This document shows, piece by piece, positions 18,709-25,008 of a stretch of 32,000 nucleotides of DNA. The DNA comes from Planctomycetales bacterium (GTDB taxonomy: Bacteria; 4484-113; JAFGCY01). The notes under the pieces were generated by a model. It was not told where the DNA came from, ran no database searches, and saw only the letters and a program-made list of their open reading frames with translations. The stretch is taken from NCBI GenBank assembly GCA_022646745.1, contig CP060262.1, positions 990,001-1,022,000 of the forward strand. Direction: 5' to 3'. Within the stretch, counting starts at the first letter, position 1; every line of letters begins with the position of its first letter. Both the position numbers and the translations under genes were made by a program.

Positions 18709-18840
18709 GACTTTGTATTGTCCTGATTAACGTGATGGCGCGAATGACGAGAAGAATACTATCCCGGGTTTTCTGCTTGGTGTCTTGGTGACCTGGTGGT
18801 TCCTTTTACTTCCCCGCGAATCACTCTGCATTTGAATCAT

Positions 18841-18893
18841 CAGCACGCGTGCTGGTGTCGCTAGGCGACACCGCTACTTCATATTGTTGAAGT
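18841..18893. other. Three consecutive hairpins in ORF-free DNA
   Basis: CAGCACGCGTGCTG is a 14-nt perfect palindrome. GTGTCGC-TAG-GCGACAC has a 7-bp stem. ACTTCA-TATTGT-TGAAGT has a 6-bp stem. Confidence 0.7.
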
Positions 18894-19012
18894 GCCTATC
18901 AAGCCAAGGACCGGCGCGGCCCTGCCGCGACTGGGTGGGAATGCAGAGAAGTGCGCATGGCTGACGGGATTGGCAACAGGTATAACGATCTCTGCGCCTC
19001 TCTTCATTCTCC

Positions 19013-19138
19013 GCGCCTCTGCGCCAGAAAAACCAGACTGGCGAGCACGTTGTATCCCGCGCGCCGGCGCGCCGTGAGGTTCACATTCGTTCGGGTGAGA
19101 GTGTGCTAAGCAATTCGGCTCTTCTGGCGCAGAGGCGC
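19013..19138. repeat. 17-bp perfect inverted repeat enclosing 92 nt with a central 14-nt GC palindrome
   Basis: GCGCCTCTGCGCCAGAA (19013-19029) pairs with TTCTGGCGCAGAGGCGC (19122-19138). GCGCGCCGGCGCGC lies at 19059-19072. Confidence 0.75.
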
Positions 19139-19365
19139 TGAGTGAATCCGGAGACGCTGAGGGGATGTAATCTGGCAACGACCCCTGCCTTGCCAGGCTC
19201 GCTTGCTTTTTAACATACAAGACACAGAGAGCACAGAGTTTTGCGGATCTGATTGGCGGGAAGTGGAAATGGCTTTGCGGCACTCCCTGTCAGACGCCGC
19301 GAGGCAGCGCCGGTACGGCACTTTGAATGGAGTGCTAATCACATATCATGGTTTGGCTTCATATG

Positions 19366-19400
19366 CCGAAACCCGAAACCGGAACACCGAAACCCGATTG
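19366..19400. repeat. Heptamer array CCGAAAC x5 (degenerate)
   Basis: CCGAAAC CCGAAAC CGGAACA CCGAAAC CCGATTG read directly. Confidence 0.8.
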
Positions 19401-19448
19401 TCAGCTTTACAGCTGACCTCCCGTTGTCAGACTTTCGTCTGACCTCCC
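19397..19448 (-). repeat. Two tandem 26-nt hairpin repeats (GGGAG-GTCAGAC-GAAA-GTCTGAC-AAC and GGGAG-GTCAGCT-GTAA-AGCTGAC-AAT) directly 3' of the dnaA stop
   Basis: Read on the minus strand. Stems are 7 bp and both loops are GNRA-type. The stems differ by paired (compensatory) substitutions. Confidence 0.8.
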
Positions 19449-19453
19449 ATCCG

Positions 19454-20863
19454 CTACTTCAGCAGGCGGCTGATCTGGGTGACGGTCTGCTCGACGTAGG
19501 GATCCTCCACGATCTCACCGGCGATCTTGTTCGCGCCGTGGCTGATCGTGGAATGGTCGCGGCCGCCGAGTTCGTTGCCGATCTGGCTGAGCGTCAGGTT
19601 GGTGTACTCGCGGGCGAGGTACATCACCACCATCCGGGCCAGGGCCACGCGCTTCGAGCGGTTGGGGCTGAGCAGCAGCTGCTCGCTGACGTTGAAGTAC
19701 TCGCTGACAACGCTGATGATCTGCTTGATTGACAGTTCCTGGCGGAAGCCGCCGGTGTCGATGAAGTCAGCCAGCACGCGTGCTGCGACCTCGACGGTCG
19801 GCGGGTTGTTGCTGATGTCGCAGAAGGCCAGCAGGCGGATCAGCGAACCCTCAAGTTCGCGCACGTTGCTGGAGACCTTCTCCGCGATGAAGGTGCAGAC
19901 TTCCTCCGGCAGCTTGACCTGCTCGGCCTCGGCCTTCTTCTGCAGGATCGCGATGCGGGTCTCGAGGCTCGGCTCATCAACATCGGCTACGAGGCCCATG
20001 CTGAAGCGGGACACCAGGCGGTCCTCCATGCCCTTCAGGGTCCGCGGCGGGCGGTCGCTGGAGATCACGATCTGCTTGCCGTCCTCCACCAGGTGGATGA
20101 AGGTGTGGAAGAACTCGATCTGCGTCTCGGTCTTGCCGGACAGGAACTGGATGTCGTCAATCAGCAGCACGTCGGCATCGCGGTAGCGATAGCGGAAGTC
20201 GCTCATCCGGCCGGTGCGCACATGCTCGATGAAGTCGTTTGTGAATTTCTCGCTGGTGACGTAGATCACATGCGCGCTGTTGTTGCGGCGCCAGATCTCG
20301 TTGCCGATCGCCTGCATCAGGTGCGTCTTGCCCAGCCCGACGCCGCCGTAGATGAACAGCGGGTTGTAGCTCTGGCCGGGATTCTGCGCGACCTGCAGGC
20401 AGCTTGAATAGCAGAAGGTGTTATTGCTGCCGACCACGAAGCTGTCGAAGGTGAAGCGCGGGTTGAGCAGCGGGCGGCGGACGCGGGTCTCCTCGACGGG
20501 GGCGCGGCGCTCCAGCTGCATGCCGCTGCCACGGTCGGAACCGAACTCATGCTCGGCGTCAACCAGCATCGGGTTGGAATCGGTGGGATAGGAAGCGGCC
20601 TGGCTCACGGCGGCGGGGGTAGCCACGCTCACTGTCACCCTGGTCGGACGCCCGAGGATCAGGCTGGCCAGTTCATTGAGCAGATCGGCATACTGGTCGA
20701 GCAGCCAGCCCTTGAGCACCTCATTGGAGATGGTCAGATGCAGGCCATCGGCGTCGATCCCCCTGATTCCGAGGGGACGCACCAGTAGTTCATATTTGGG
20801 ACGAGAGAGCTGCCCGCCTAGCTGCTCCTTCATCATGCTTAGTACTTCTGCCGCACTTGTCAC
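19454..20863 (-). CDS. dnaA: Chromosomal replication initiator DnaA
   Basis: Walker A GGVGLGKTHL, LLIDDIQFL, and C-terminal DNA-binding signature LSQIGNELGGRDHSTISHG. Start set at GTG 20863 (MTSAAEVLSMMKEQL...) because the track start 20911 lies inside a DnaA box. ATG 20836 is an alternative. Confidence 0.92.
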   Translation of the reverse strand: MTSAAEVLSMMKEQLGGQLSRPKYELLVRPLGIRGIDADGLHLTISNEVLKGWLLDQYADLLNELASLILGRPTRVTVSVATPAAVSQAASYPTDSNPMLVDAEHEFGSDRGSGMQLERRAPVEETRVRRPLLNPRFTFDSFVVGSNNTFCYSSCLQVAQNPGQSYNPLFIYGGVGLGKTHLMQAIGNEIWRRNNSAHVIYVTSEKFTNDFIEHVRTGRMSDFRYRYRDADVLLIDDIQFLSGKTETQIEFFHTFIHLVEDGKQIVISSDRPPRTLKGMEDRLVSRFSMGLVADVDEPSLETRIAILQKKAEAEQVKLPEEVCTFIAEKVSSNVRELEGSLIRLLAFCDISNNPPTVEVAARVLADFIDTGGFRQELSIKQIISVVSEYFNVSEQLLLSPNRSKRVALARMVVMYLAREYTNLTLSQIGNELGGRDHSTISHGANKIAGEIVEDPYVEQTVTQISRLLK

Positions 20864-20903
20864 CAGTTTTACCCCGATTGCCCGTGATCCGCAGTTAGGC
20901 GAG

Positions 20904-20954
20904 TTATCCACCTTACAGGAAGGAAATGATAGCAGTTCTCCACAATCGATTCAA
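20904..20954 (-). promoter_or_regulatory. dnaA promoter (-35 TTGAAT, 17 nt, -10 TATCAT) with two DnaA-box-like 9-mers
   Basis: On the minus strand, TTGAAT is at 20954-20949 and TATCAT at 20931-20926. TGTGGAGAA (20944-20936) lies in the spacer and GGTGGATAA (20912-20904) lies downstream. Each box has one mismatch to TGTGGATAA. Confidence 0.6.
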
Positions 20955-20959
20955 TACTA

Positions 20960-21364
20960 TTATGAATCAGCGGGGCGTATCTCGCCGGTCTGGTCGACCT
21001 TGTATTTGCTCCCATCCGGCAGTTCGGCGAAGATCACGTAGAATTTCTGCTCTTCCATCGGTCCGCTGAACTTGATCCCCTCAACCAGCGAGACATCAGA
21101 CTTGAAGCGCAGGTCGAAGCGGTCGCGGATCTTCGGCTCCTCAGCGATCTTGCTGAAGGGTGCATATGTGCCGTAGAGCGTGTAGTACTCCTGCTCCAGG
21201 CTGTTGAGGTAGCCCAGCTGCTGCTTGGCGAAGCTGATGGTGGCTTCCTCTTCGTTCTCATTGAGCGTCGGCAATGCGATGAATATCAGCACGCCGACGA
21301 TGGCCAGCATGATCGCCAGCTCAAGCAGGGTCAGGCCCCGGCGCTCCCAATGGATTTTCAGCAT
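20960..21364 (-). CDS. Type II secretion/type IV pilin-like pseudopilin (prepilin N-terminal cleavage/methylation domain)
   Basis: RRG|LTLLELAIMLAIVGVLIFIALP class III signal peptide. ATG 21364 (alternative GTG 21370). Confidence 0.8.
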   Translation of the reverse strand: MLKIHWERRGLTLLELAIMLAIVGVLIFIALPTLNENEEEATISFAKQQLGYLNSLEQEYYTLYGTYAPFSKIAEEPKIRDRFDLRFKSDVSLVEGIKFSGPMEEQKFYVIFAELPDGSKYKVDQTGEIRPADS

Positions 21365-21398
21365 CCGCACAGCCAGACTTTAACAGCTGCTGGGGGGT

Positions 21399-22349
21399 TC
21401 AGTCCTCTTCCTCGGAAAGATATTCGCGGATGTCGATCGCCGCCGTGGCGCCGTTGCCGGCGCTGATCACCATCTGCTTGAGGCTGCCCTTGATGATGTC
21501 GCCCGCAGCCCAGATGCCCTTGCATGTGGTGCGCATGTGTCCATCCACCACGATGTAGCCTTCCTCGTCGGTGTCGATCAGGTGCGCGGCGAAGTGCGAG
21601 GCCGGCTCATAGCCGATGAAGCCGAACACGCCGTCCGCCCTGAAATCCTCCACCTCGCCGGTCTCGGTATGCTTCAGCTTGACACCGTTCACCGTGCCGT
21701 TTCCGTAGATCTCCTCCACGGTGTAGTTCGTCTTCTCGGTCCAGTTAGGCTTGGAGCGGGCACGGCGCTTGGCCAGCTCGGTGGCCCGGAATGCGTCGCG
21801 GCGGTGCACCAGGGTCACACTCTTGCCGAACTGAGTGAGGAACAGGCCTTCCTGGAATGCGCTCTCACCACCGCCGACCACCACGATGTCCTTGTCGCGG
21901 AAGAATGCACCGTCGCAGGTGGCGCAGTAGCTCACGCCGCGGCCGTAGTACTCCTCCTCACCGGCGGCAGGCAGGCGGCGCGGGGCTGATCCGCAGGCGA
22001 TCACCAGGCTGCGGGCACGGATCTGCTTGCCATCGGACAGGTTCAGGAAGAAGTCGTGGCTGTCCGGCACGCGCTCAACCTTCTGCACATCCTTATAGAG
22101 GATCTCTGTGCCGAACTTCTTGACCTGGGCTTCCATCTTCTGGGTCAGCTCCATGCCGGAGGCGAAGTCCACAGCCGGGTAGTTCTCAACCTCATGCGTC
22201 AGCGCAATCAGGCCGCCGACGAACTGCTTCTCGATGATCAGCGTGGAAAGGTCTGCGCGGGCTGTATACAGGGCGGCCCCCATCCCTCCGGGGCCACCTC
22301 CGACGATCACCACGTCCCAGCGCTTGTTGAGAATTTCCTCGTACTGCAT
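21399..22349 (-). CDS. trxB: Thioredoxin-disulfide reductase
   Basis: VVIVGGGPGG FAD motif, redox CATCDG, NADPH motif VVGGGESA. GGGAGGAG SD upstream. Confidence 0.93.
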   Translation of the reverse strand: MQYEEILNKRWDVVIVGGGPGGMGAALYTARADLSTLIIEKQFVGGLIALTHEVENYPAVDFASGMELTQKMEAQVKKFGTEILYKDVQKVERVPDSHDFFLNLSDGKQIRARSLVIACGSAPRRLPAAGEEEYYGRGVSYCATCDGAFFRDKDIVVVGGGESAFQEGLFLTQFGKSVTLVHRRDAFRATELAKRRARSKPNWTEKTNYTVEEIYGNGTVNGVKLKHTETGEVEDFRADGVFGFIGYEPASHFAAHLIDTDEEGYIVVDGHMRTTCKGIWAAGDIIKGSLKQMVISAGNGATAAIDIREYLSEEED

Positions 22350-22396
22350 GCCTTGCTCCTCCCTGTCGTTTCTCCGCTTAATTCAATACCCGTCGA

Positions 22397-22425
22397 ATTA
22401 TAAATTCTTTCGCAGGGAAGGGCAA
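22397..22425 (-). promoter_or_regulatory. Candidate trxB promoter (-35 TTGCCC, 17 nt, -10 TATAAT)
   Basis: Read on the minus strand: TTGCCC at 22425-22420 and TATAAT at 22402-22397. Confidence 0.5.
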
Positions 22426-22462
22426 GTAGTTTTCGACAATATTCGAAGAATTAGACGGAATC

Positions 22463-23077
22463 TCAGCGCAGCAGCAGGCGTTCCCCGCCGTTGAGTTCCA
22501 AGTCGCCAAGCTGGAAGCGGGCAAAACTGTGCTCACCGAAGTGCCGGCAAAGCCCCGTCAGCCTCAGCTGGGAGATGCCAAGAGCCATTCCATCCGGGAT
22601 CGTCAGCAGCAGGCTGCTGGGATTGCTGTCCGCGATGGACAGGTCCAGCGGCAGTTCGATCTCATTGGTCCCGGCAGCCAGTGCAGGCAGGTCCATCCTA
22701 ACGAGCAGCTGGTTCTGGCGGTTGTACAGTTCAAGGCTGATTCCCGCCGGGGCAGCAGCATCCATCTCGATCTGCAGCGCCATGCTGCCGCTGCGGTAAC
22801 CTTCCGGGCAGGCCAGCCAGACACCCTGCGGGTCCGGTTCATGGCGTGACCAGCTTTCAGCGGCGGTGCGGTTACCGAGGATGCTGTCCTCAAAGTAGCT
22901 GTTCTGCAGGCCCAGCGACCAGGCCACATCGCGGCGGCGATAGGCTTCCAGTTTCCAGGGAACGAAGGAACGCGCAGCGGCGATCACTTCACTGGTCTGG
23001 GATGAGTCGCTAACGGCCAGGGCTTGGCGCGGGCTGGCCGCTATCAGGATTGCCATCAGGATAAGAATGCGTGCCAT
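22463..23077 (-). CDS. Secreted hypothetical protein
   Basis: ATG 23077 gives MARILILMAILIAASPRQALA, a signal peptide. No recognisable domain. Confidence 0.6.
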   Translation of the reverse strand: MARILILMAILIAASPRQALAVSDSSQTSEVIAAARSFVPWKLEAYRRRDVAWSLGLQNSYFEDSILGNRTAAESWSRHEPDPQGVWLACPEGYRSGSMALQIEMDAAAPAGISLELYNRQNQLLVRMDLPALAAGTNEIELPLDLSIADSNPSSLLLTIPDGMALGISQLRLTGLCRHFGEHSFARFQLGDLELNGGERLLLR

Positions 23078-23176
23078 TACTGACAATGTACCCAATTGCC
23101 AGGTGCATTGCCATGTATTTGACAGGAATTACAGCGCAATTACGCCGAACCTACATATATGTTTCCCGGATGCGGC

Positions 23177-23881
23177 CTAGGGGTTGATCCAGTCTGTTGT
23201 TTCCGGGTCGCCGCGGAAGCCGGCGAACAGCTGCACCCACTGTTCGACGTGCAGGCCACCCGCGCTGTCGTAGTAGACACCGACCCCCATGTGCGTGAAG
23301 TTGGCATTAAGGATGTTGGCACGGTGGCCGGGGCTGGCCATCCAGGACACGACCACCTGCTGCGGGCTCGACTGGCCGGCGGCGATGTTCTCACCGGCGG
23401 TGTCGTAATAGGCCGTCTGCACGGCATCCATGCGGTCGAAGGGCGAGAGGTTGTAACCCTGGGCCGTATGGCTGAAGTAATCACGCAGGCCCATGTCGCG
23501 GGCATGCGCCTGGGCCACGTAGTCCAGGTGGTGGCTGCGCAGCAGCGGGTTGAGGCCGTAGCGGCCGCGCTCCACATTGGTCAGGCGCAGGATCTCATCC
23601 GCCCAGGCGGCCAGGCTGGCGTTCTGGTAGGCCTCGTCGCTGTCGCCGACCGCGGGCAGGGTATGGTAGGCGTCCTTCAGCCAGCTGGCGGCTGCGCCGT
23701 CAGTGGCCGGGCTGTTGTCAGTGAAGCTCTCGGCCGGCGGGCGCACGAGCGGTGGAATGTGGCTGTTGGAGCCGGAGCTGTTGTCAGTAGCAAAGATCTC
23801 GCCGGTTCCACCACCGCCGCAGGATGCCAGCAGCAATGCCGCCAGCAATGCCGCAGAACCGTTCTTCCATGAATTGTGCAT
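23177..23881 (-). CDS. CAP/SCP (PR-1-like, YkwD-type) domain lipoprotein
   Basis: LLLASCGGGG lipobox. AQAHARDM, GENIAAG and WMASPGHRANIL motifs. Confidence 0.85.
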   Translation of the reverse strand: MHNSWKNGSAALLAALLLASCGGGGTGEIFATDNSSGSNSHIPPLVRPPAESFTDNSPATDGAAASWLKDAYHTLPAVGDSDEAYQNASLAAWADEILRLTNVERGRYGLNPLLRSHHLDYVAQAHARDMGLRDYFSHTAQGYNLSPFDRMDAVQTAYYDTAGENIAAGQSSPQQVVVSWMASPGHRANILNANFTHMGVGVYYDSAGGLHVEQWVQLFAGFRGDPETTDWINP

Positions 23882-23973
23882 GCTGTCGTTCCAGGGGTTT
23901 TATTCGCTGACCAGATACTACCTGCCCGCAAGCGGACTGTCGGTGACACTTAAGCCCGATTTGAACGGGGACT

Positions 23974-24696
23974 TCAGGGAAGCAGCCAGACGTGCGCATC
24001 CGGGTCGCCGTTGAAGCGCGCGAACACCTGCACCCAGTAGATGTTGTAGGGACCGCCGCCGGCATCGTAGTAGCAGCCGATGCCGACATACTCATAGTTG
24101 TCATGCAGGATGTTGGCGCGGTGCCCGTCACTGTTCATCCAGGTGCTCATCACGGCCTGCGGGGTCTGCTGGTTGCCGGCGATGTTCTCGCCCATGAAGT
24201 TGTAGGGGGCGGGATCAATCGCATCAAGGCGGCCGACGTAGTCAATCCCGTAGCCTTCGGTGTCATGGCTGAAGTAGTCGCGCAGCGCCATGTCGCGGGC
24301 ATGGGCCTGGGCCAGGTTGTCAAGGTCAGTGCTGCGCATCAGTGCCGGCTTGCCGGCGGTTGCGCGCTCGTTGTTGGTGATGCCGAACACGCTGTCAGCG
24401 TAGGCCATGAGCGAGCTGTTCTGGTAGGGGCCGTCTGCATCGCCAACTTCCGGCAGGGTGTGGTAGGCGTCCTTCAGCCAGGAGGTGACGTTGTCATCAC
24501 TGGCCGGGCTCATGTCCTGGAAGGTCTCGACCGGCGGGATGGTCAGGCCGCCGCCGTTGTTGCCGCCGCCTCCGCCGTTGTTGTTGCCACCACCCGGGGG
24601 AGGAGTTGTCGTACCGCCGCCGCCACAGGCGGACAGGCAGCTCAGCAGCAGTACGGCGATCAGGGCCAGCAGGGCGTTCATTGCGCGGATGGTCAT
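23974..24696 (-). CDS. CAP/SCP domain lipoprotein, tandem paralog with a G/N-rich linker
   Basis: LSCLSACGGGG lipobox, GGGNNNGGGGGNNGGG linker. AQAHARDM, GENIAGN and WMNSDGHRANIL motifs. Confidence 0.85.
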   Translation of the reverse strand: MTIRAMNALLALIAVLLLSCLSACGGGGTTTPPPGGGNNNGGGGGNNGGGLTIPPVETFQDMSPASDDNVTSWLKDAYHTLPEVGDADGPYQNSSLMAYADSVFGITNNERATAGKPALMRSTDLDNLAQAHARDMALRDYFSHDTEGYGIDYVGRLDAIDPAPYNFMGENIAGNQQTPQAVMSTWMNSDGHRANILHDNYEYVGIGCYYDAGGGPYNIYWVQVFARFNGDPDAHVWLLP

Positions 24697-24766
24697 TCGG
24701 CACTCCAGATTCTTGATCCAAAAGCATCATATACCAGATCGCATTGAGACGCCAGCAAACTGCCAT

Positions 24767-24849
24767 GGCCGGGATCACAGTCGATCCCGGCCCTCCCTTG
24801 TCTGTCCTTGAATCCCCGTGCCAGGGGCCGGGCCACATTGCCCGGCCCC
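24767..24849. repeat. Two GC-rich 10-bp-stem hairpins sharing GGCCGGG/CCCGGCC arms
   Basis: GGCCGGGATC-ACAGTC-GATCCCGGCC lies at 24767-24792 and GGGGCCGGGC-CACATT-GCCCGGCCCC at 24824-24849. Confidence 0.75.
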
Positions 24850-24850
24850 G

Positions 24851-24995
24851 AATAGTGGTCAGTAATCAGTGGTCAGTGTTCAGATGGAAGCAGTTTGCAG
24901 AAACAGAAGCAGCAGACTCGATCTGTCTGCTTCCGGAGAACCAGACCTGATTCCCATACTGCTTCTGCCAGCCTGCCTGACCACTGACCACTATT
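24851..24995. repeat. Opposed heptamer arrays forming an imperfect long hairpin of about 145 nt immediately 3' of rtcB
   Basis: AATAGTGGTCAG (24851-62) pairs with CTGACCACTATT (24984-95). TGGTCAG (24870-76) pairs with CTGACCA (24977-83). Internal pairs are GGAAGCAG/CTGCTTCC and GCAGAC/GTCTGC. CAG spacing in the left arm is mostly 7 nt. Confidence 0.7.
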
Positions 24996-25008
24996 TGCCT
25001 GGCCTCCG

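Noticed and set aside
17704-19453. Diversity-generating retroelement. FGE-sulfatase/C-type-lectin-fold proteins are classic DGR targets, and a long non-coding tract follows the gene.
   Set aside because: I found no template-repeat copy of the 3' 170 nt of the gene anywhere in the window. There is no reverse transcriptase or avd-like gene. Only a small hairpin (18707-18724) follows the stop.
18709-19453. oriC in the large non-coding region next to dnaA.
   Set aside because: No TTATCCACA-like boxes (at most one mismatch) seen on either strand and no clear AT-rich 13-mer-type unwinding element. Gene orientation does not switch at this locus.
17392-19453. Universal ncRNAs (RNase P RNA, tmRNA, SRP/4.5S RNA, 6S RNA) or tRNAs in the large non-coding tracts. 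The same check was made on 24697-25008 and 26278-26837.
   Set aside because: The conserved cores are absent on both strands: GGAAAGTCCGGGC and ACAGAACCCGGCTTA for RNase P, GGTTCGA(A/T)TCC T-arms for tmRNA and tRNAs, and GGTCCGGAAGGAAGCAGCC for SRP. 6S RNA cannot be excluded by eye.
20864-20911. N-terminal extensions proposed by the ORF track. Examples are dnaA from 20911, rtcB from the TTG at 26307, gcvPB from 12211, the fur-family gene from the TTG at 14734, and the 26838 gene from 27599.
   Set aside because: The extensions overlap regulatory sites (a DnaA box) or upstream genes, use rare starts, lack an SD, or precede an internal ATG with a strong SD and a family-typical N-terminus.
24851-24995. 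Y-RNA-like ncRNA next to rtcB, by analogy with the rsr-Y RNA-rtcBA operons of Salmonella.
   Set aside because: No Ro/Rsr gene in the window, no tRNA-like T-arm module, and the terminal stem is made of the same heptamer words found in unrelated spacers. It is kept only as a generic structured element.
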